A stretch of 64,000 bases of DNA from Bacteroidales bacterium (GTDB lineage Bacteria; Bacteroidota; Bacteroidia; Bacteroidales; F082): positions 2,977 through 66,976 of the forward strand of contig JAKIVD010000021.1 of assembly GCA_021647205.1 (NCBI GenBank), given 5' to 3'. The position numbers and the translations under genes were made by a program. Of this stretch, positions 35,332 through 44,105 are shown piece after piece; position 1 is the stretch's first letter; each line of letters begins with the position of its first letter. The notes beneath the pieces are model-generated. The model had not been told where the DNA came from. It made no database searches and was given only the letters and a program-made list of their open reading frames with translations.

Positions 35332-36324
35332 ATGAAAAATCTCCTGTTAATTATTCTGACCCTTTCTTTCTTCATCCTTTCTTCTTGCGAACAACAAGGC
35401 AAAACAAAAAAAGCAAAACCAAAAGCAAAAAAAGCCGTGGTGGTTCCTGCTTTCAATGCCGACTCGGCCTACGCCTTTGTGCAGCGGCAGGTTGACTTCG
35501 GCCCGAGGGTGCCCGGCACCCCAGCCCATCAGGCCTGTGCCAACTGGCTGGCTGAAAAATTACAGGTTTACGGCGACACTGTTATTATTCAGGCTTTCAG
35601 GGCCAGGACATACGACATGGTCGCCCGAAACGGGAAGAACCTGGTTGCGTCCTTCAGTCCCGAAAAAAAGAAAAGAGTGTTGCTGTTGTCACATTGGGAT
35701 TCGCGCCCTTTTGCCGACCATGACCCGGATCCGGCAAAACACCGCACACCCATTGATGCTGCTAACGATGGCGCCAGTGGCGTGGGAATACTGCTGGAAA
35801 TGGCCCGGCAGTTTCATTTGAGGCAGCCCGATGTAGGTGTTGACATTGTCTTGTTCGACCTGGAAGACTGGGGACCGCCCACCGACCTGAATATGTACAA
35901 AGAAGAATATTGGGGGCTGGGGGCACAATACTGGTCGAAGAACCCCCATGTTTACGGATACACTGCAACTTTTGGAATCCTGCTCGACATGGTGGGGGCA
36001 AAAGATGCGGTCTTCCCAAAAGAATATTACTCGCGGCAATACGCCCGTTATGTAGTCGATTTGGTTTGGTACACCGCCTTAAAACTGGGCTATGGAAGCA
36101 CCTTCCTCAACCAGGATGGTGGTGGGGCTACAGATGATCATGTTTTTGTCAACCGCATTGCCAACATCCCGACCATCGATATTATTCACCTTGACACGGA
36201 AAGTGCCAACCACAGTTTTTTTGAGCACTGGCACACGACATCCGACAACATGGATCAAATCGATAAAAAAACCCTGGGAATAGTCGGGGAGGTTTTGATG
36301 TCAGTGGTTTATAATGAGGACTGA
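35332..36324 (+). CDS. M28-fold lipoprotein, glutaminyl-peptide cyclotransferase-like (animal-type QC).
   Basis: The lipobox is FFILSSC. The motifs LLLSHWDSRPFAD, VLFDLEDWG and ATDDHVFVN align with the human-QC HYDS, FDGEE and DDHIPF metal/catalytic motifs as I remember them. Confidence 0.6.
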   Translation: MKNLLLIILTLSFFILSSCEQQGKTKKAKPKAKKAVVVPAFNADSAYAFVQRQVDFGPRVPGTPAHQACANWLAEKLQVYGDTVIIQAFRARTYDMVARNGKNLVASFSPEKKKRVLLLSHWDSRPFADHDPDPAKHRTPIDAANDGASGVGILLEMARQFHLRQPDVGVDIVLFDLEDWGPPTDLNMYKEEYWGLGAQYWSKNPHVYGYTATFGILLDMVGAKDAVFPKEYYSRQYARYVVDLVWYTALKLGYGSTFLNQDGGGATDDHVFVNRIANIPTIDIIHLDTESANHSFFEHWHTTSDNMDQIDKKTLGIVGEVLMSVVYNED

Positions 36325-36355
36325 TTGGGGGAATCCCAAACTCAATGAACAAATA

Positions 36356-37069
36356 TTAAAAAGGGGTAATGGTAATACCAACCGAAATGGGGTAAAGCTC
36401 GGGGCCCCTGCTCACCTCAAAAACTTTGGTTATCTGGTAATACGTAAACACGCTGATGAATTTGTAACCCACGCGTAAGGTTGCGCCAAATGCAAAATCC
36501 TGAACGTAATTGATGTCTTTGTTTTTTACTTTTTCCCATGCGCCGCTTTCAGGTCTTGTGCCAACATATTTTTCTTTACTGTCGATTAAGTAACTGCCCT
36601 TAAAGCCAACACCAAATTTGAAACCCGATGCCCACTTAAACTTAAACTCAATGGGAATTTCAACGTAAGTCAGGTTAATTTTGGTTTTTCTGTAATCCAC
36701 TTTGTTGGGGAGCTTGTCAGGTATCAGATTGAAAATAATGGAGTCGCCCTTCACGTCGGCAACACGGCTGTTGGTGTACATGTTTTGGCTCCTGATTCCA
36801 GCACCAATTGAAAAAGCGTGCAGGGTCTCCCCTATTGCCAGGTTGTACATGATAAATACATTGGCTCCCTGGTTAATCGTCCGGGCACGAAAGCCGGAAG
36901 GCAAAAAAGTACCGTCAACACTGTACTGCCAGATATCGGTATAAACGTCAACACCAACCGTTACTTTGCGCTTTGCGTTTTCACTGATTACCTGGGCTGA
37001 GATGCGGGTAGTAAATAACAGGATGAATGACAGGCTGGAAAGAAAAAGTATTTTTTTCATGTTCATCAT
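36356..37069 (-). CDS. Outer-membrane beta-barrel protein (PorT / OMP_b-brl-like).
   Basis: The signal peptide is ...TRISA|QV. About 230 aa of alternating strands end in GITITPF. Confidence 0.55.
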   Translation of the reverse strand: MMNMKKILFLSSLSFILLFTTRISAQVISENAKRKVTVGVDVYTDIWQYSVDGTFLPSGFRARTINQGANVFIMYNLAIGETLHAFSIGAGIRSQNMYTNSRVADVKGDSIIFNLIPDKLPNKVDYRKTKINLTYVEIPIEFKFKWASGFKFGVGFKGSYLIDSKEKYVGTRPESGAWEKVKNKDINYVQDFAFGATLRVGYKFISVFTYYQITKVFEVSRGPELYPISVGITITPF

Positions 37070-37113
37070 TTTTCAGTTGGCAAAGATAATATTTGAAAGG
37101 ACAACTTCACAAG

Positions 37114-37722
37114 CTATTCGTTTAACAATTTATCGAGCAATTCCCTTGTCGTATCCGAGTTCCAGCGGGCAGCGCCTTTTTTGTTGACCAAAATCCGCCC
37201 GTTTCTGTCAAGAATAAAAGTAGTTGGAATGCTGTTCGAGGAAAAATTCCGGGGTACGGAAGCTGAATAGTAGAATGGGAGTCCGTCATAATGGTGCTCC
37301 TGGGCAAAGCTGTGGACTTTTTCAGGGTCTTCGTTGCTCACCAGGACAAAGTTGACTTTGTCGCCATAATCGCCGTATAGCTTGTGGATTCCGGGTAATT
37401 CAGCAATACAAGGCGGGCACCAGGTTGCCCAGATATTTAAAAAAACAGGTTTGTCGTTCAGCTCCCCGAATGATGTCTTATTCCCCTGCCGGTCGTAAAG
37501 GGGCCAGGACAGGGCATCGGGGTTTACCGTAAACTGTTCTTCTGCATCCAGTGTTGAGGGTGCAAAAGAAGTCAAGCGAATGAAGAAAGCAGAAACATCT
37601 GTCCGTGTTGACGGAATAATAAACAAAGCGACCAGCACCACAAAAACCACATCGCTGAGAATAGCCAAGGGTTTCTTCTTCCTAAAATAATTGGCAACCA
37701 GTTTTTTGGGATTAAATGTCAT
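37114..37722 (-). CDS. Membrane-anchored TlpA-family thiol:disulfide oxidoreductase.
   Basis: An N-terminal TM segment and the WATWCPPC active site. Confidence 0.85.
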   Translation of the reverse strand: MTFNPKKLVANYFRKKKPLAILSDVVFVVLVALFIIPSTRTDVSAFFIRLTSFAPSTLDAEEQFTVNPDALSWPLYDRQGNKTSFGELNDKPVFLNIWATWCPPCIAELPGIHKLYGDYGDKVNFVLVSNEDPEKVHSFAQEHHYDGLPFYYSASVPRNFSSNSIPTTFILDRNGRILVNKKGAARWNSDTTRELLDKLLNE

Positions 37723-37764
37723 AGGGTAAAGGTAAGAAAGTGTGCACCATACTGAACCCGTAGT

Positions 37765-38178
37765 TTACTGGTACATGGCCCTTTGGTCCAGCAGTTCGTT
37801 GATTTGGTCCTCTGTAAGATTGGGGTCTTTCAGCTTTTCGTCAATCTTTTTCAGGGTTTCGGTAACGCTGATACCGGCAATTTCCTTAGTCGGCTCTTCG
37901 ATCGGGATTTCTTCCGGCCTACCGGCTTCGTCGCCCAGCTCTTCACGCAATTGCTGAATGAGTGTATGTACCATTCCTTTCACCGATTCCCCGAACTGTC
38001 CCTGAAGCTGGTAAGCAATCTGGTCCTTCATGCTTTCATAATTGCTGAAAAAGAACTGAAACTGCTGGAGCATCATTTTATTCACACCCGGAACATCTTC
38101 CATAGGCTTGGTTTCCATCACTTTCTTAAAAAGACGGAACAACTCGTCCAACTCCTGTTTGAATTTATCATCTTCCAT
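37765..38178 (-). CDS. Acidic helical protein of unknown function.
   Basis: A clean 137-aa ORF in the coding-strand run. I recognised no motif. Confidence 0.4.
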   Translation of the reverse strand: MEDDKFKQELDELFRLFKKVMETKPMEDVPGVNKMMLQQFQFFFSNYESMKDQIAYQLQGQFGESVKGMVHTLIQQLREELGDEAGRPEEIPIEEPTKEIAGISVTETLKKIDEKLKDPNLTEDQINELLDQRAMYQ

Positions 38179-38309
38179 ACCGCGGCAAAATTAAACAAAA
38201 TTAATTGTTCAAAACTTAAAAAAACCTAATTGGAAAACTGAAATTCAGCAGGTTTATTGTAACAATGCCACGACATCGTCTTTTAATAAATCTTCTGAAA
38301 CAATACCGC

Positions 38310-39959
38310 TTAAACGATTTTTTTTCTTTTCAGAAATCCTTGTACAAAGGAAATAATGAAAAGCAGCGCTGCCAGAAAAGCAGAAATGCGGGCTATGTAA
38401 TCACCATTTTTCACATAGTAAGTTAATTTGTCGTTTACATTAATTTTCTGACGGATGACGGCCGGCACCCACCAGCCTGTTTTTTGGAAAACATCACCGC
38501 GTTGATTAATAAAAGCCGAGATGCCGGTATTGGCAGAACGGGCAATGCTGCGCCTGGTTTCGATAGCCCGTAAAACCGAAAACAGGAAATGCTGCCTGTA
38601 ACCGGGCGTATCACCCCACCAGCCGTCGTTGGTAACCACAAAAATGAGCCCGGCACCTTTGCGGATGGTTTCGGCAGTAAACTCACCATACACCGATTCA
38701 TAACAAATGATGGCAGAAGTCCGGACATTTTTTGCATCCGTAAAAATTACGGGGACATCTTCTGTTTTCAGGCTTCCGGTAGTACCGCCCAGGTCGATGG
38801 CCAGGTTTTCGATGGGTTTTAGAATCCCCCACGAAGGCATGTTTTCCACACCCGGCGTCAGTTTCGATTTATGGTGGATTTGAATGTTTGCGCTGCTGTC
38901 CATTTGGAAAGCCGTATTGTAGGCATAGTAGTACCTGTCAACTGTGCTGAATTTGCGGGCGGCATGGGTTTTCTTTTCCGCAGGTTTCAACTCCCTGTGT
39001 GTGGAGGCGCCAATGACAAGTGTAATTTTTGGATGCTCATCAATAAATTCCTGCAAACGTTTCAGCAGGGGTGAGCGGGAAAGCCGGTCCTCCCAAATAC
39101 CCTGGTTGCCATCGTAAAGGGTCGATTCGGGAAAAACAACAAAGCGGGTGCTGTCGGTAATTTTTTGTGCAGCAAGGGATAGGTTCTTTTCCAGCAGTAC
39201 AAGTGGCGAATAATTGTACTGTTCGTTGTAGGGATCGGTATTGGGCTGAACCACCACCACTTCAACAGGGTTTTCCACTTCCCGGTAGTTGCTGTACATG
39301 TAGTAGGAGTACGCAACAGGCAGTACTGTCAGAACAACCATCCCACTAACTGCAAGGCGGAACCGCCTGCCGAAATCCTTTTTTAGCAAAAAACTGACAA
39401 CGCGAAATGCAAAGATGTTGATCACAATCACCCAGAGTGTCCCTCCCAAAGCGCCGGTGTACTCATACCACTGTATCCACTTGTACTGCGAGGCGAACAC
39501 ATTCCCCAGGTTCAACCACGACCAGGTAAGCTCCCAGTTCATGTGGAAATACTCCCAAGTAATCCAGTAAAATACAAGTATTGCCCAACCTTTTTTGTTA
39601 TCAAAAAGTTTCTTCTTCGACAGGTGAAACAAGTAAAAGACAGTGGCAGAAAACATGGCATTCAGGACAAAGGCAAGGATGGCCCCCACATCGGTGGAAT
39701 ACCATATCCACCAGGTAGTGAGCACATTCCACACCAGAAAAGCCAGCCAGGCGTACCAGAACATGCCCCGTTTGTTTTGATTGCCGAGATGCTGCTGCAC
39801 AAAAAACAGGGGCACCAGTGCCACGAAGACAAGGGGAGTGAATCCCTTTTCGGGCCATGCCGTCGCCAGCAGCAGCCCGCTGAGCAGGGAAAGGAGGAGA
39901 AGGTGGCGGTGTTTCATCCTGTTTTCTGTTTCGGGTTCAAAACTAAGCATTCCTTTCAT
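38310..39959 (-). CDS. lnt: Apolipoprotein N-acyltransferase.
   Basis: A multi-TM N-terminal half and a CN-hydrolase half with VVFPEST, a Lys region and AIICYESVY (catalytic Cys). The true start may be the MKHRHLL codon at 39917. Confidence 0.85.
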   Translation of the reverse strand: MKGMLSFEPETENRMKHRHLLLLSLLSGLLLATAWPEKGFTPLVFVALVPLFFVQQHLGNQNKRGMFWYAWLAFLVWNVLTTWWIWYSTDVGAILAFVLNAMFSATVFYLFHLSKKKLFDNKKGWAILVFYWITWEYFHMNWELTWSWLNLGNVFASQYKWIQWYEYTGALGGTLWVIVINIFAFRVVSFLLKKDFGRRFRLAVSGMVVLTVLPVAYSYYMYSNYREVENPVEVVVVQPNTDPYNEQYNYSPLVLLEKNLSLAAQKITDSTRFVVFPESTLYDGNQGIWEDRLSRSPLLKRLQEFIDEHPKITLVIGASTHRELKPAEKKTHAARKFSTVDRYYYAYNTAFQMDSSANIQIHHKSKLTPGVENMPSWGILKPIENLAIDLGGTTGSLKTEDVPVIFTDAKNVRTSAIICYESVYGEFTAETIRKGAGLIFVVTNDGWWGDTPGYRQHFLFSVLRAIETRRSIARSANTGISAFINQRGDVFQKTGWWVPAVIRQKINVNDKLTYYVKNGDYIARISAFLAALLFIISFVQGFLKRKKIV

Positions 39960-40800
39960 TCAAAAACCCTGTCATCTTTTCCCAGAAACCCGGTTTGTAG
40001 TGGCAGTTGGAGTGGCCGCCTCCGGGTACCACCCAAAGTTCCGCCCTGCCGGACCTGGCCCTTTCAAGTATTCTTCTGCCGTGATCGACGGGTACTACCT
40101 TGTCAATTTCACCGTGGATGATCAAAAATTCTGCTTCCGACTTTCCGATGTTGTTCACCGTAGCCAGTTTGCTGAAACGGATGCCGATCTTGAGCTGAAT
40201 GGCCTGGAATAAAAGCCAGATAAAGGGGTAGTAAGGAATGTGTTTTTTCTTCAACTGGTAGGCCATCACCTCGGCGGGGTTGGTGGGCGCTCCCATGGTA
40301 ATCACCTTTTTGATTCGGGGGTCACGCGCCGCGGCGTAAACCGATGCCGCACCGCCGATGGACATCCCCAGCAGAAAAATGTCGCAGTTTTTGTTTTCTT
40401 TTTGCTCCGACACAAAACGGATGCCTGCAGAAATATCTTCGGCAAAAGTAAGCAGGGACGAAAAGCGGTTACCGTCGCTGTTTCCGTGGTTGCGTGCGTC
40501 GAAAGCAAGTATGTTGAAGCCCTTGCCGTGCAGATTTTTGATGTAAGGCATGAGGCGCCCCACACTTTTTCCCCAACCGTGAACCAGGATCAGCGTCGGC
40601 GAAGCGGGTTTACCGGCAATCCACCATCCGTAAAGGCGATTTCCGTCATTTGTTTCGTAACGGACTTCCTCAAATCCGATGCCGTATTCGGTGGGCATTT
40701 GTTCGGGCTTTTCGCGGACAATCTTAAAAGAATTGACCATCAGCCAGAAAAAAAGCACGAAAAGAAAAACGATGGCCAGGGTAATCCAGAGAAATATCAT
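39943..40800 (-). CDS. Membrane-anchored alpha/beta hydrolase.
   Basis: An N-terminal TM segment, HGWG, the GMSIGG nucleophile elbow, and the C-terminal His context GGGHSN. Confidence 0.8.
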   Translation of the reverse strand: MIFLWITLAIVFLFVLFFWLMVNSFKIVREKPEQMPTEYGIGFEEVRYETNDGNRLYGWWIAGKPASPTLILVHGWGKSVGRLMPYIKNLHGKGFNILAFDARNHGNSDGNRFSSLLTFAEDISAGIRFVSEQKENKNCDIFLLGMSIGGAASVYAAARDPRIKKVITMGAPTNPAEVMAYQLKKKHIPYYPFIWLLFQAIQLKIGIRFSKLATVNNIGKSEAEFLIIHGEIDKVVPVDHGRRILERARSGRAELWVVPGGGHSNCHYKPGFWEKMTGFLNERNA

Positions 40801-40821
40801 CTTACATCGGTTTGGTTTTCA

Positions 40822-41454
40822 CTACACTGAAAGAGCAAGCAGCAGCTGCGCCAGCCAGTACGTCAGCATGGTAAAAAAGCGCTCAAATTTAAGCTGTTTA
40901 ACAAAACGGTTGTAAGCCAGAATGGTGTCGGAAATCACGAAAAGCGCCGCCCCGAAAAATGCCAGTCCGGGACTGTTTCCTGCCAGTGTCCAGCCCCGTC
41001 CGGAAGCCTGCCACATAAAAACCATCAAAACCAGAACATAAGCCAGAACAGGAATTGTCATTGTTTTGGTGTGGGGTAAAAGCACTTTTAAAACAATGGC
41101 CATGTAAACGAGCACGGGAATCAGGTAGCCCCAGCCGAAGTAAGGGCCGAAGTCGCCGGCAAACGCGGCGATGAAAAACAGGTGTGCCACAAAAAACGAA
41201 ACCAGCCCCGCGATAAAACGGTCGGTGGGCAGCACCAGGAAAACATCGCCCGCCAGGGAAAAAACCAGCCCTGCTACAATAAGATACCGGTAGCTGACCG
41301 AAACTTCGGGCTCTGACAAAACAGCCAGCAAAATAATCAGTAAGGTAGTCAGGGGTTTGAAAACAAAGGTCAGCACCGTCTTTTTCCGATAATGGAAAAT
41401 AAGGTAAAACAAACCGGAAACAAAGATGCCGGTGAGGAGGGTTTGTTGCAACAT
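40822..41454 (-). CDS. YhhN-family lysoplasmalogenase-like membrane protein.
   Basis: Polytopic. Contains FSLAGDVFLV and ISDTILAY, which are YhhN-type motifs. Confidence 0.7.
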   Translation of the reverse strand: MLQQTLLTGIFVSGLFYLIFHYRKKTVLTFVFKPLTTLLIILLAVLSEPEVSVSYRYLIVAGLVFSLAGDVFLVLPTDRFIAGLVSFFVAHLFFIAAFAGDFGPYFGWGYLIPVLVYMAIVLKVLLPHTKTMTIPVLAYVLVLMVFMWQASGRGWTLAGNSPGLAFFGAALFVISDTILAYNRFVKQLKFERFFTMLTYWLAQLLLALSV

Positions 41455-41456
41455 GG

Positions 41457-42656
41457 CTAATACAAAAAGTTGTTGTAGGGATACTTTGTGGCGTACACTT
41501 CACGAAGGTGCCCGTACAGCAGTTCCCTGAACTGTTGGTAGTTTTCTTTGGTTTTTGCCGAGATAAAAATGCAGGGGTGATTGTCTTTTGCCATCCAGCT
41601 TTTCTGTAATTCCGCCAGCGGGATGTTTTCTTTTTCAGCCGGTGTCAAATCATCTTCTTCCTTCTCCACAAAAGTGTAAGCATCCATCTTATTGAACACC
41701 ATGAGGACGGGTTTATGGCCGGCGCCTATCTCCGTCAGGGTCTGGTTCACGGTTTGAATCTGGTCTTCAAATTCGGGATGGGAAATATCAACGACGTGCA
41801 ACAAAATATCAGATTCCCGCATCTCATCCAGGGTTGACTTGAACGATTCCACCAGGTTGTGGGGCAGTTTACGGATAAAACCCACCGTGTCGGACAGCAA
41901 AAAGGGTACATTTTCAATAACCACTTTGCGCACCGTTGTATCGAGGGTGGCAAACAGCTTGTTCTCGGCAAAAATATCCGATTTGCTCAACAGGTTCATC
42001 AGTGTTGACTTTCCAACATTGGTGTAACCCACCAGGGCAATGCGGATCATTTGTCCGCGGCTTTTCCGCTGTGTTGATTTCTGCTTGTCGATTTGCACCA
42101 GTTTTTTCTTCAGCAAGCTGATTTTATCGCGGATAATCCGGCGGTCGGTTTCAATTTCGGTCTCGCCGGGCCCGCGCAACCCGATGCCCCCTTTTTGCCG
42201 TTCGAGGTGGGTCCACATGCGCGTTAGGCGCGGCAATAAATACTGGTACTGTGCCAGTTCGACCTGCACTTTGGCATGGGCTGTTTGTGCCCGTTTGGCA
42301 AAAATGTCAAGAATGAGGTTGGTACGGTCAAGGATTTTACATTCCAGCACCTTTTCGATGTTCCTGATTTGCGACGGCCCCAGTTCGTCATCAAAAACCA
42401 CCATGTCGATTTCAGCTGCAACAATGTATTCGTTGATTTCGTCCAGCTTTCCCGAACCAACATAAGTTTTGGGATTGGGATAGTCCAGCGACTGGATGAA
42501 ACGTTCAACTGCAATCCCCCCGGCAGTTTCCACAAGAAATGCCAATTCGTCAAGGTATTCATTGACCTTTTGCTTGTCCTGCGTACTCGTTGCCAACCCG
42601 ACCAGTACCGCTTTTTCAGGCTCAGCTTTTATTGAGGATGTTTTTTTCTCCAGCAT
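41457..42656 (-). CDS. hflX: GTPase HflX.
   Basis: An HflX N-domain, G1 (GYTNVGKST), DTVGF and NKMD. Confidence 0.9.
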   Translation of the reverse strand: MLEKKTSSIKAEPEKAVLVGLATSTQDKQKVNEYLDELAFLVETAGGIAVERFIQSLDYPNPKTYVGSGKLDEINEYIVAAEIDMVVFDDELGPSQIRNIEKVLECKILDRTNLILDIFAKRAQTAHAKVQVELAQYQYLLPRLTRMWTHLERQKGGIGLRGPGETEIETDRRIIRDKISLLKKKLVQIDKQKSTQRKSRGQMIRIALVGYTNVGKSTLMNLLSKSDIFAENKLFATLDTTVRKVVIENVPFLLSDTVGFIRKLPHNLVESFKSTLDEMRESDILLHVVDISHPEFEDQIQTVNQTLTEIGAGHKPVLMVFNKMDAYTFVEKEEDDLTPAEKENIPLAELQKSWMAKDNHPCIFISAKTKENYQQFRELLYGHLREVYATKYPYNNFLY

Positions 42657-42715
42657 TTCTTTAGTTGAAAGTAAAAAATAGCAAACGAAAAAACAGGCTT
42701 TATGCCCTTGAGCTG

Positions 42716-43723
42716 CTAATGTATTTTCCTGAACCCGATAATTTCCCTCACTTCCTTGATGGTCCTTTGGGCACTGACCCTTGCTTTTTCGGCACCAATG
42801 TCCATCACTTTCTGGATGATGGCATCGTTGGAAGAAAGTTCTTTAATTTTCTGACGGAAGGGTTCTGTAAATTGGATAACATCTTCGGCAAGTTGCTTTT
42901 TTAAGTCGCCGTAGCGGATGGTGCACTTGTTGTATTGGTCATCAAAATACTCAACTGTATCAGGGCTTGAAAGTACTTCCATCAATGTAAAAAGGTTCTG
43001 GATGGCTTCTGGTTTTTCCTGGTTCATTTGGGTAGGGCCACTGTCAGTTACGGCCCGCATTATTTTTTTCTTAAGCACTTTGGGCTCATCATTCAGGAAA
43101 ATAGCGTTGCCTTCCCCTTCAGATTTTCCCATTTTCCCCGAACCGTCAAGTCCCGGGATTTTTACAAGCTGTTCACCAAAATTATAGGCCGTTGGGATGG
43201 GAAAGTATTCGAGACCGTACATGTGGTTAAAACGCCGGGCAAAGGTGCGGGTCATTTCCAGGTTTTGTTCCTGGTCTTTGCCTACCGGCACTTTGTGGGC
43301 TTTGTGGATGATGATATCGGCTGCCATGAGGGTGGGGTAGGTCAGCAGCCCGGCGTTCACATTATTGGGCTGTTTGCGTGCTTTTTCTTTGAAAGTGGTT
43401 ACCCTTTCCAACTCGCCCAAATAAGCATTCATATTGAGGAAAAGGTAGAGCTCAGCCGTCTCGGGCAAATCACTTTGCAGGTAGAGGGTTGATTTTTCGA
43501 TGTCCAGTCCGGCAGCCAGGTATTCAATCAGCACCTGCCTGACATTGCCCTGCAGGTCTTTGGGTTTGGGGTGTGTGGTGAGGGAATGGTAATCGGCAAT
43601 GAAAAAGAAACATTCGTTGGTTTCCTGCATCTTCACAAAATTCTTTACCGCACCAAAATAGTTGCCCAAATGGAGGTTTCCTGTCGGACGGATGCCACTT
43701 AAAACGATTTCTTTTTGATTCAT
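42716..43723 (-). CDS. trpS: Tryptophan--tRNA ligase.
   Basis: A HIGH-type motif (GNLHLGNY) and a KMSKS-type motif (KMGKS). 335 aa. Confidence 0.9.
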   Translation of the reverse strand: MNQKEIVLSGIRPTGNLHLGNYFGAVKNFVKMQETNECFFFIADYHSLTTHPKPKDLQGNVRQVLIEYLAAGLDIEKSTLYLQSDLPETAELYLFLNMNAYLGELERVTTFKEKARKQPNNVNAGLLTYPTLMAADIIIHKAHKVPVGKDQEQNLEMTRTFARRFNHMYGLEYFPIPTAYNFGEQLVKIPGLDGSGKMGKSEGEGNAIFLNDEPKVLKKKIMRAVTDSGPTQMNQEKPEAIQNLFTLMEVLSSPDTVEYFDDQYNKCTIRYGDLKKQLAEDVIQFTEPFRQKIKELSSNDAIIQKVMDIGAEKARVSAQRTIKEVREIIGFRKIH

Positions 43724-44105
43724 GCTACGCTAAAGTATTTGAGCGGACAAAATTAGGAAAAATACAGCTGCGCCTTTAGGGTTTGTTTTGAAAGTTGACG
43801 AAGGACCGGACAGAAGGTACTTCCATAATTTTATGGAACACAATTTATGTAACATATTTTACGGAATGAATGCTGTTTCGGATATTCAACAAACGAATCT
43901 GTTACTGTTATGATATTTTTCCAAGCTGTTTTGCCTCTTGATATAGCTTGCAAAAACCCAATTCGGCACATGTTAAGCTGAGAAATGTTAACGTATGTTA
44001 AAATATTCTGAAGCTTTCAGCGTTACTGTTTTATCTCAAAGCAAACTTCCTATCGAGAAACGCTTACGCTAACATTCATTCATCAGTAACCAACAATTCA
44101 ATGTT

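Noticed and set aside
40898-41503. A 201-aa ORF in an alternative frame on the same strand as the YhhN gene. A similar case is 52488..52931 within the cytochrome gene.
   Set aside because: These are Arg/Pro/Cys-rich alternative-frame translations. The annotated frames carry the family motifs.
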